Below, piece by piece: positions 1-10,773 of a stretch of DNA of 33,231 nucleotides. Numbering within the stretch: position 1 is the first letter of the stretch; every line of letters begins with the position of its first letter. The stretch is taken from NCBI RefSeq assembly GCF_001194135.2, contig NC_068982.1, positions 115,971,918-116,005,148 on the forward strand, written 5' to 3'. A model generated the notes under the pieces. It saw only the letters and a program-made list of their open reading frames with translations. It had not been told where the DNA came from and ran no database searches. The translations under genes and the position numbers were made by a program. The DNA is from Octopus bimaculoides. Its lineage: Eukaryota.

Positions 1-252
1 AGAAAATTTTCGCTCTTATTCAAATTCGTAATCGCCCGCAAAATTTTCGAGAAACTGAAATGAAAATAGATAAACGGATCTAGTCTTTTTCATTTTGCAA
101 AATGAGTCCCCTTTAATTTTACCCAGATTGCTTTCAATTTTGGTGTTTCGATGCAACTCTGAATTTTGATTAAAACCAACCAATTAATTTATCTCGTAAT
201 TTAAAGATTTTGATGTTATTTGGAATTAAAGTTGGGAAATTTGAGTAATTTT

Positions 253-300
253 AGCCAATCAACAGAGAGCGAAGCATTAACAGCTTGTTACCATGACAAC
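253..300 (+). promoter_or_regulatory. CCAAT box plus RFX X-box-like motif
   Basis: AGCCAATCA (253-261) and GTTACCATGACAAC (287-300, fits GTHNYYATRRNAAC) in a locally CpG-containing stretch. Confidence 0.3.
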
Positions 301-897
301 CGCACATTGTGTTGTGTTCGACCTGCATGTTGTGTTGATTCTTCGCATTACGTGATTTACTTCACCCGCGTGTTTTGTGTAAAAATTTATATTTATCAAT
401 TAGAATTTTATTATAGATATTTTTCCCCAATTGTCTTAATATTTTACATTTTTTATATATAGCAAAAGTTGTTTGCAATGAAAAATAAAATTAAATATTT
501 GAAATTGGAGATGAAATTACTGAAAGATACACGGATGTAAAACAAATAAACGCAAATCCTCTCGTTTGCTTTTTTCTGCTCATCATGAATGACTTCCACT
601 GTACGTGCGCACGAACACAGACACAGACACACACACACGCACACACACATATCTTCATTGTAATTAGGCTGGAAAACTTTATTATTATAACCGATTTTCA
701 GATTTTTACTGTCTTTTAAAAAATGCATATTTTGCGAAGGAAAAAAAACTAGATCCATATTAACATAGAATAAAACTAAAACATGATGAATTGCATATTC
801 TTAATACGTTCCGATAGTTTCGAATGCAAGTATCCTAATCACTGGTGTGTTCGTCACAGGAGGTTTCGACACATTGTATCTCGTCAGCCAGAAGTAA

Positions 898-1139
898 AAT
901 TCCTTCCCGATTCAAACTGATTCATAAGGGCCGGTTTCCCAGTTTCCATGGCGTATATATTCCCCACCTGGACGGGACGCCTGTCCTTCTCAGGATTACT
1001 CATTTCTTTTGCCATCTGAGTGGACTGGAGCAACGTGAAAGAAGTGTTTTACTGAAAAACAACGCGTCACCAGACCCAGGAATCGAAACCGCAATGTTTC
1101 GATCATGAGTCCAACACTCTAACCACTAAGCCATGCGCC
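898..1139 (-). mobile_element. tRNA-derived SINE family C
   Basis: Minus: GGCGCATGGCTTAGTGGTTAG (A box), GGTTTCGATTCC (B box), central TTTCACGTTGCTCCAGTCCACTCAG. Confidence 0.85.
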
Positions 1140-1319
1140 GCCTCAGTGATAATAACAATAATAATAATAAACGTGCCAGTTCAATAGCAATCCACCTGGG
1201 ACTGCTTTTGGTTCTATTATACAAACATCCTGTTTTAAAATGGTCTAGATTTGAAACCTTCAGTCAAATTCTGTTTATATTTCCAAATTGTGAGATCACA
1301 GCTCTAATACTACAGGAAT

Positions 1320-1565
1320 ATGGTGAGAATGTCTTGGGAAAGAATCGTTGGACAGGTTTTACGAGCAAAACCAACCGGCAGGAGACCCAGGTATCAACAC
1401 AAGGAAGATGGTTGGATAGCATCGGTTAGTTTCGCTTGGGGATCCAGCTGCATCATTTGGGGACGGTTGCTTCTAACAGGACTCGATGGAAGGCGGGAGT
1501 GAGGACTCCCCACCCCCAACCACCACCACACATCCTTCCTAGGATTAAGTCGGTGAAGAAGATGA
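1320..1565 (+). mobile_element. 3' end of an RTE-like LINE
   Basis: RMSWERIVGQVLRAKPTGRRPR / RWLDSIG*FRLGIQL..VASNRTRWKA (RTE C-terminal GRRPRGRP..RW.D motif), then a short UTR ending in GAAGAAGATGAGATGA. Confidence 0.65.
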
Positions 1566-1886
1566 GATGAATCTATATTTCAAGCAGCAAGTTTCTACGT
1601 TAGTTGTTTTGCTAAAGTTTTCACTATTTTTTTTCAAAATTAATTAAAACAAAAAATAATGTTTCAACAGAAATATGGAAACGAAAAAAAGAGTTCCTAA
1701 AGTGGCTTGTATGTATTTTTAAAACAAACTTTATGCAAACTGCGCGATATATTTTGCTCACAGTACGCTTTGTGTACAGCTATTTCACCTCTGTCTCACT
1801 CAACCAGTTTAAGCCATTTTTAATAGATATACACCGGCATGATACTCGTTTGACTTATCTCATTTTAATAATTTACAGTTCTATAA

Positions 1887-2047
1887 AGCGGCGAGCTGGC
1901 AGTATTGTTAGCATACCGGGCGAAATAATTAGCGGCATTCCGTCCCTCTTTACGTTCTGAGTTCAAATTCCGCCGAGGTCGACTTTACCTTTCGAGGTCG
2001 ATATGACTGAAATGACTGTCCTTGAGCCAAAATTTGAAATCAATAAT
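1887..2047 (+). mobile_element. SINE family A, internally deleted
   Basis: GCGGCGAGCTGGCAG..GAGTTCAAATTCCGCCGAGGTCGAC..CCAAAATTTGAAATCAAT. Confidence 0.85.
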
Positions 2048-2620
2048 TTTCAGTTCTCTTTAAATGTCTTTAGTTATCCAATTTGCAACGGATTCGTATA
2101 TCTCGACAACCACATTATTTTACTTATTACTCCATCTAACACTGCGTATGCTCAATACTGTCCAAACTATCTATATCTATATATATTATATATATAAAAT
2201 TTTTATTTGAAGAGTCTGTGTTACAAATTTTTAACATATCCTATTTAAAGTTTTACAGTTCCCTTTGATAATTTTCAATTACTCAAGTTTTACTAGATTC
2301 GAACATTTTATCAATGGTTCGCACACATTTTGAATTACTTATTGATAACAACGAAGACCAATCAGGTAATAAAAAAAATTAAAAAAAAAAAAAAAACTAA
2401 ATGGATAATTTATAAGCTAATGTAGTAGAGAATAAAAACGATAAAATACCGTCCAGTCACCACTTGATTCTAGAATGGTTTGGTGATTCAAGAAATATGT
2501 TGCACGGCAGTAAAATAAATCAGATTTAATACAGAAAAATATACCGGAACCTGAACTTTAACAATTTTTCTTTTTCTTTTTTTTTTTTACCACCGAAACG
2601 ATGAGAATAGCGTAGATATA

Positions 2621-2834
2621 CAGTAATTCCTTGCCATATCTCGGTTCACCTATTACGGTTTATTATTTAAGCTTACGTAGATTCCTCTGTAGTATTGTCT
2701 AGCATTTATGATAAAATAAATATATACAAATTATAAAAATAATTAAAAAATATCCAGTACTGTTTCTACTTCGCGGATTTTCACCTATCGTTGTGGGGGA
2801 GAATGTAACACCTGCGATAGTCGAGGGATTACTA
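2621..2834. mobile_element. pogo/Tigger-like MITE
   Basis: Flanked by TA on both sides. Left end CAGTAATTCCTTGCCATATC; right end reverse complement TAGTAATCCCTCGACTATC. Subterminal TTCACCTAT occurs on both sides; no coding capacity. Confidence 0.75.
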
Positions 2835-2974
2835 TATTTTGAGACTTTTTGACAGCAGTTGTTTGTAAACATAAAATAATCACTATTGTCGTTGTAACTC
2901 ATCACGAAAATTTAAGTTTCCAAAATCACTTTCATTATCCTCATCATTTCAATATCCACTTTGCTTCGCTTAAT

Positions 2975-3338
2975 GAGTCAGACAGAATTCGTTGAGATAG
3001 GTTTTTCCATGGCCAGATGCCTTTCCTGTCACTAACCCTCATTTGTTTCCAAATATGATATTTCCCCTTGGTCCGACATGCTTTCACAGAAGTCGGGAAA
3101 CAAATGACACTGCTTGGATGTCGGTGACACTTAAAACTATCACGCAATATCTAGACAAGGTAACACAAACACGCACACAAACACACACACTTATACAACG
3201 GGATTTTTCCAGTTTCCGTCTCCCAAATCCACTCACAAGGCTTTGGTCGTTCTGGGGCTAAAGTAAAAGGCATTTTCCCATGACGTCTCGCATGTTGTTG
3301 GAAGCAAACGACTTAACCACACGGTCATGCTTGCGCCT
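2975..3338 (-). mobile_element. SINE family B head joined to a different tail module
   Basis: 3192-3338 aligns to the family B head/body. After a TG tract, 2975-3165 carries ACAGGAAAGGCATCTGGCC-type sequence instead of tail module 1. Confidence 0.7.
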
Positions 3339-3893
3339 CTTTTCATATAAAATCAAATTATCAACATTATGTTACATTATATCAATCTTCTACTAAAAAG
3401 TCTGTAAAATAACTAAAATAGACTGATTTGTATATATACCATTGAGCAATTAATTTTACAGATTTGATGTTAAACAGTTCGATGTTTTCGAAACTTATTC
3501 ATAGGTTTGTTTGTCTGTATTTAATGATCTGTAACATGGACAGAAGACCAAACATCTGTAGGAAGGATGTAGTGTAGAATATTTGTCCCAATACATATGT
3601 GGTTTATCTTTTATTGATCTCTGAAGAATAAAAGGTTATGTCATATCCAGCACAGCTTAAACTCTGAACGTCATCAACCGACAGAACAAAATTACCGCAT
3701 TACTGATTCAGCCGTACGGACGTTTGTATTGGTGTACGTTTACATGTATGCAGAGGAAACGTGTGTGTGTGCTTGTCTGTAGGTAGACCATATGTATGTG
3801 TGAATATGTGTGTGTCTATGTGTGCATGTGTGTATGTATGTGCATGTAGGAGGACCTATGATAATGAGAGGTTATCTGTGTACAGAAGGGCCA

Positions 3894-3925
<32 letters not shown>

Positions 3926-4463
3926 AAGGTGAACCATATGTATTTGTGTATTTGTGTGCGTTCTTATATGTGTATGTGTGTGAATATGTGCGTATATGTT
4001 CATGCGTATGCAGGAGGACCATGTGTATGCCCGTGTAAATACCTGTGAGGTTATGTGTGCATGTGTGATTATGTGTATGTGTAGGAACATGCGCGCACGC
4101 GTGTAGTGTGGATGTGTGCAGGTGATTATGCATATATATATATCCTTTTGTTATTTACACCACCTGTCCTCGTCTGTTGTTATTATTTGTATATTCTCCC
4201 ATATATATANNNNNNNNNNNNNNNNNNNNNNNNNNNNNNNNNNNNNNNNNNNNNNNNNNNNNNNNNNNNNNNNNNNNNNNNNNNNNNNNNNNNNNNNNNN
4301 NNNNNNNNNNNNNNNNNNNNNNNNNNNNNNNNNNNNNNNNNNNNNNNNNNNNNNNNNNNNNNNNNNNNNNNNNNNNNNNNNNNNNNNNNNNNNNNNNNNN
4401 NNNNNNNNNNNNNNNNNNNNNNNNNNNNNNNNNNNNNNNNAATCTTCTGTGTATGTGTTTGCA

Positions 4464-4495
<32 letters not shown>

Positions 4496-5326
4496 CGCGC
4501 GCGCGCTGGTGCTTGGGCGTTCAATTGTGAAAATACGAGACTGAGTATGTCTGCAACCACTGATATCACGTGACTAATTTAATATTCCCGTTGCTATGAA
4601 GTAAATGCCTGCATAAACGAGATTGTATAGGAGAGGGGGGGGGAGAAAGAAACGTCAGTGAGGGAGAGAGAGTGGGAGAAAAAGAGAATAAGCATCTCTG
4701 AGTGAGTGTTTCTGTGATATGGTGAATGACCTGCTCACAAATTCAGTGTGGGTGTTACTATCAGAATATGCACAGTTGGCTACAGATATCGTGAAATACC
4801 ATTGAGGTTGCCAAGGGGCAGATAATCCTTATAAGACAGTCACAACATACAACGCATATATTGAATTGGTTTGGCTAAATTTAGCATATCAACATGGCGT
4901 AGGCATTTGTGTTTCCGAGATTGACGTTGATGAGCATTGGAGAAAAACACGGAATGACAAATGAATAGAATGGAATGAAGAATATAAGGAAAGATTAAGA
5001 GAATGAGAGAAGAACAGAATGAGAGAGAATATAAATAACATGAGTGAGAAAGAGAAAGAACGAGTGACATAATTGATGAAAGGAAAAGTTCAATATATAC
5101 ATATGTATATGTGTGTGCGCGTACATACATGTATGTCTATGTGCATGCATGTGTGTGTATTATATGTGTGTGTATATACAGAAAGGCACGCACATGAACA
5201 CACAAACACACAAACACACAAACAAAATTAAATAAATTCCAAGGGATCAGCAATTTCCTGTTCCTTTGTCATTTATATAATTCCATATTGCACTCTGTAC
5301 TTGATTAACGTTTTATCTTGAAACAG

Positions 5327-5457
5327 CTGTATATTGAGTTCTAACACCAGGGTATTAGTTAATATCGTTGTGCCCAAGCCAAAGAGGAGCTGGTGGTCTG
5401 CTTCACTAAGGCTTGCATTTGGAAAATATGACAACAAAGTTATCCATTCATGGGGAG
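5327..5457 (+). other. Candidate 131-nt spliced exon, product unknown
   Basis: TTTTATCTTGAAACAG acceptor and GAG|GTGAGT donor. One frame is open throughout (CILSSNTRVLVNIVVPKPKRSWWSASLRLAFGKYDNKVIHSWG); no recognised homology. Confidence 0.3.
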
Positions 5458-5545
5458 GTGAGTTTCCTCTCACTTCAATTTTTCCCTTTCCATCATTCTC
5501 TCCAGTTTTTCATTCGCTTTTTATTCGTCTTTACTTTTCCCTGTC

Positions 5546-5725
5546 GGAGGCGCAATGGCCCAGTGGTTAGGGCAGCGGACTCGCGGTCATAGGATCGCGG
5601 TTTCGATTCCCAGACCGGGCGTTGTGAGTGTTTATTGAGCGAAAACACCTAAAAAGCTCCACGAGGCTCCGGCAGGGGATGGTGTAACCCTCGACGTCGT
5701 AAGCGACGGAGTGCCAACAACAACT
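5546..5725 (+). mobile_element. tRNA-derived SINE family D
   Basis: GGAGGCGCAATGGCCCAGTGGTTAG..GGTTTCGATTCCC head, non-tRNA body, CGTCGTAAGCGACGGAGTGC-(CAA)n tail. Confidence 0.8.
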
Positions 5726-5929
5726 TCTCCCTATCGCACTTAACACCTCTCTCTCTTACTTCTTCCTAACAACGTATTTACTCTGACATTGTTTAATGTT
5801 CAGTCCAAGCTGCAAACATTTACCTACACATAGAGGATATTGCCTTTTTTTATGTTTTAATTTACTAACTCAACCCTAAGGAAGAACTCTGCCCGAGACA
5901 TCAGAAACTCCATTTCCTACGACAATAAT

Positions 5930-6160
5930 TCTGTTACTTCTCTCTCTCTCTCCACACTGCAACCTCGTGTATATCGTTGGTGATTTTTTTCTTCCTCCGT
6001 CTTACCTTCTTTGGACTTTCCTATATTTCCGACGAAGAGCTTCGCTCGAAACGTCAAATTCTTTTTCTTTCCTTTCCTGAGAATCCAGTAACACAATATC
6101 TGTATCATGTCCTCGCGTTGTTGTTTTTTGTTGTTTTTTTGTCGTTTTTCTTGTATTGAA
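5930..6160 (+). mobile_element. Penelope-like 3' end/pLTR fragment
   Basis: Pyrimidine-rich tract with CCGACGA-A-GAGC-TTC-GCTC-GAAACG (6029-6053), followed by T-rich sequence and a microsatellite. Same architecture as 27016-27200. Confidence 0.5.
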
Positions 6161-6249
6161 CTCACTATATGCTTGTATGTATGTGTGTGTATGAGTGTGT
6201 GTGTGTGTGTGCGTATATGTGTCTATGTATGTATATAAAGAGAGATATT

Positions 6250-6429
6250 CTTTTCTATTTAGACACAAGGCCCGAAATTTTGGGGGAGGGGGCCAGTCGA
6301 TTAGATCGACCCCAGTACGCAACTGGTACTTAATTTATCGACTCCAAAACAATGAAAGGCAAAGTCGACCTCAGCGGAATTTGAACTTAGAACGTAAAAC
6401 AAACAAAATACCGCTAACGTTTCTGCCAG
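6250..6429 (-). mobile_element. SINE family A, head fused to a duplicated 159-bp segment
   Basis: Body and tail match family A; homology stops at CTAACGTTTCTGCCAG. Confidence 0.85.
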
Positions 6430-6959
6430 TGAGGGAGAGAGAGTGGGAGAAAAAGAGAATAAGCATCTCTGAGTGAGTGTTTCTGTGATATGGTGAATGA
6501 CCTGCTAACAAATTCAGTGTGGTTGTTACTATCAGAATATGCACAGTTGGCTACAGATATCGTGAGATACCATTGAGGTTGCCAATTACTGGAAATTCNN
6601 NNNNNNNNNNNNNNNNNNNNNNNNNNNNNNNNNNNNNNNNNNNNNNNNNNNNNNNNNNNNNNNNNNNNNNNNNNNNNNNNNNNNNNNNNNNNNNNNNNNN
6701 NNNNNNNNNNNNNNNNNNNNNNNNAATGCTGGCTAGGCTGGGTGGGGGAGCTTTTCTCCCCTTCGCAAACTTAAGGACACAGTAATTGTGTCAAGGCCGA
6801 CAGGAAGTGGTCCAGCTTCCTATGGCTAAACGGCAGTAGTGTGTTCCCTTATTGGGATTGTCACATTAAGTTGACAAGATACTACAACTTTATCGCTCCA
6901 CTACTGCTTAAATCTCTCTGAAAGATTTAGAAATATTATATTTCTATATATATATTCTT

Positions 6960-7175
6960 TTTCTTTTATTTATTTCAGTCATTTGATTGCAGCCATGCTG
7001 GAGCACCGCCTTTTAGCCGAACAAATCGACCCCAGGACTTATTCTTTGTAAGCCTAGTATTTATTCTATCGGTCTCTTTTGCTGAACCGCTAAGTTACGG
7101 GGATGTTAACACTCCAACATCAGTTGTCAAGCGATGGTGGGGGAACAAACTCAGATACACAAACACAATATATGT
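6960..7175 (-). mobile_element. SINE family B tail module 1
   Basis: Reverse complement aligns to 25865-26085. Confidence 0.85.
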
Positions 7176-7664
7176 ATATATTATTTTATCTATTCTTTAT
7201 TCTTTTATACGTTTCAGCAATGCGGCTGCGGTCATGATGGAGCACCACCTGAATTTGTGTGACAGAGTAAGCACCAGTCTTTAAAAAGTTAGTACTGTGA
7301 TGGAACTGATCGACTTAATCCTTCAAGATGTTGCACCACATGGTTGAAACAAATAAATTAATAAAAGAAAGAATAAAAATTCTATTATTATTCTGAAGAT
7401 ACGAAGTGCTTTGATATCAGCAGTTAGCTGATAAATAGTTTAGTATTACTAATCAGCTGATACTGGTGGAGGGGGTCTGCTATTATTATTCGACGCTGAC
7501 GTTTTATCTATCATTTTAACATTTCATTTCAGATTCACGTAGGGAGCTCTCAGTTTTTCAAATGAAAAAATTTCACTTCCAGTTACTGTTCATTAGTTGC
7601 TTAAGAAATGATTAGTTAACCTCCAGCATAGTAAAGCCCGTATAACTAGCGGTAACCTGGACTA

Positions 7665-7970
7665 AAGAACTCCTTCGGTCATGAATGATTATGGGATTGC
7701 GCTTAGAAAGTTACCCTCCAAGGCACAAGTCCTAGCAAGGTTGTTTATGGATGACCAGCAGTCGCCCATGCATACCAACCTCCCCCTCCCTACGCCACTG
7801 ATGTTATCCAAGGGAAAGACAAAGGTCAATAGAGCTTGGTACCAGTGACGTTGCAAATCATTTCTACAGCTGAGTGAATTGGAGCAACGTGAAATAAAGT
7901 GTCTTGCTCAAGAGCATAACACACAACCTGGTCCGGGAATCGAACTCACTATCTCATGATTGTGAGCCCA
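7665..7970 (-). mobile_element. SINE with family C head/centre and a different 3' body
   Basis: Minus: GAGTTCGATTCCCGGACC..TTGAGCAAGACACTTTATTTCACGTTGCTCCAATTCACTCAG; the downstream sequence is unrelated to 898-1010. Confidence 0.8.
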
Positions 7971-8745
7971 AAGTCCTGTCTCTCTTTCCCTCTTCCATCT
8001 TTCTGCATACACCTCCCACACGCACGCACATACACATGCACACACACACACGTACAAGCGTATGTATACATAGACATACGTATGTGTATTTGTGTGGATA
8101 GCAAATGTTGATGTAATAGTCCAAAACCACAACTACAAGTGCAGTATAAATGTGCAAAAAGGAATGTGCGCTTGTGCATTCATTTGTTTCATATATTTAT
8201 GTATATATGTATATATTACGTATGTGTGTGTTATATATGTGTGTGTGTATTTTAATGTTACATATCTCTGATATACTAATAAACCCACGTTATTAAGCGT
8301 TCAGTATTGCAACAATGTTGTAACAGTAGAATTATGTAAATATTGGTGCGTTTAAATATATTGGTGAATAACCCCGTCTATATTAGAAGCTATTATATTA
8401 TTGAATATCTATTAAAATTGTACCAGACATTAGGTCTAATGTTTCACATGGTTTCAACGATTATCGATGAGGAAGACAGAATCTGTTAACAAGTGTTCGA
8501 CATTTACAGTAGATTGGGTTAGCATTAGTATGGTAACGAGAGAAGAAACGAGGTATCGCTTTTCACACAACTGACGAAACAAATTTACGATTAACTGAAG
8601 AGTGGGGGTGGGAATGAACCAGCGAAATATGTACTTACGAATTATTTCAAAAGAATAACTCTTAATAGCCAAGATTTTTGAAGAGCTCCATCTTTTGGAG
8701 AAAAGGGTGATAAATAGATACAATGTTCCTTATTTTCGATATGTA

Positions 8746-8955
8746 TTTCTACACTAAGCACAAGGCCCGAAATTTTCGGGAGGAGACCAGTCGATTAGAT
8801 CGACCCCGGTTCGCAAATAGTGCTTAATTCATCAACACTGAAAAGATGAAAGGCAAAGTCGACTTCGGCGGAATTTGAACTCAGAACGTAAAGACAGACT
8901 AAACACCGCTAATCATTTGGTCTGCGTGCTAACGTTTCTGCCAGCTCACCGCCTT
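8746..8955 (-). mobile_element. SINE family A, full length
   Basis: Head AAGGCGGTGAGCTGGCAGAAACGTTAG on minus; B box, body and tail present. Confidence 0.88.
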
Positions 8956-8989
8956 TGCTTATTTTCGAGTAGCTGAGGTGCCCGATAAA

Positions 8990-9626
8990 AAAATTACCGT
9001 TAATAAGATGTCTGTTTATAGCCATGAAACATTTTTCGTCAAATTTCGGCATTTTTCAAAATATTAAAATCTATATTAACGGGTAGGACCAATTTGACGA
9101 AAAAATGGGCTGAGTCTGGTAGCGAACCCGTGTCATCATCCTTTTGGGCAGATTTCGTCAAATTGATGTCACGATGGTTAGTGCGCAAAATGCCTAAATT
9201 TTGCTTGAGAAATAAAATGGTCTTACCTAATCAAAACATGAAACGCTGGCGAATTAAAACAACTAATTGAAATAATAAGTTTTAGCAAGTCAAAACAATT
9301 CATATTGAAATGAAGAATTAGCAAATGCTAAATAGATTACCGTTAATAAGCTGTCTGTTTATGACCATGAAACATTTTTCGTCAAATTTCGGCATTTGTC
9401 GTCAAATTGATGTCACGATGGCTAGTGCGAAAAATGCAGAGATTTTACGATGTTTGAAAAATCGATGCTGATTAAAAATCGATTTTTAAAAAATTCCAAG
9501 TGCATATGTGACCGCATGGGCATAAACCTGCCACACGTGTCAAGTTTCATCAAGGTCTGTTGGATAATCTCGGTGGAGTTAAAGTAACAAATTCACAAAC
9601 ACAAACTTTGCATTTATTATCATAGG
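8990..9626 (+). mobile_element. Helentron/DINE-1-like non-autonomous element with internal duplication
   Basis: 5' TAATAAGATGTCTGTTTATAGCCATG. 3' GTGTCAAGTTTCATCAAG..GGAGTT..CAAACACAAACTTTGCATTTATTAT resembles HINE-type 3' ends. Internal duplicated blocks are present. Confidence 0.5.
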
Positions 9627-9719
9627 TATCATTAATCTCTTAATTGTTCCAGCTATTGGACTGCGGTGCACTAATTTGAAGAATTTTTGTCGAACGGATG
9701 GATACCAGTACTTATTTAA

Positions 9720-10150
<431 letters not shown>

Positions 10151-10489
10151 TTCATTCCATACGGTTTTATACAAGGTTTTTTCTTTATCAGACGTACTAG
10201 GTGGGGAGATATAGTTGGCATATAAGATTTTAGTCTCAAACTGGTACTATAAGTTATCAATACATTGTTATAAGGAAAATTGACAGCAGCTGATATTTGA
10301 ATTTAGAACTGCGAAATAAGGAACAAAACATGTCAAAGGACGGCACTAATTCGTTAAAGAGAACATTTACTCCATCAGTAAAATGACCTGAATAAACATA
10401 TTTGAACTTTATAGAAGTTACAAGTGCGTTCATTAATTATTTTGTATTTCTGGCATTCACAGTGACAGCCATACAAGAGATTAGTTGAC

Positions 10490-10684
10490 GTGTATGTATG
10501 TATGTATGTATGTATGTATGTATGTATGTATGTATGTATGTATGTATATGTGTGTGTGTGTGTATGTATGTATGTGTGTATGTATGTATGTATGTATGTA
10601 TTTTCTGGTTATATTTTTAGAATTTCATATTGTTAGAGAAAGAAACAGGGCTCTTTCATTAGAAGTTGGACATGAACCAGGTAG

Positions 10685-10715
<31 letters not shown>

Positions 10716-10773
10716 TGTATGTATGTATGTATGCATGTATGCATGTATGTATGCATGTATGTATGTATGTATG
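10490..10773. repeat. Two (TATG)n microsatellite blocks separated by ~85 bp
   Basis: Direct reading. Confidence 0.9.

Noticed and set aside
5546-5620. tRNA-like heads (also 1070-1139)
   Set aside because: No complete cloverleaf or terminator; they continue into SINE bodies.
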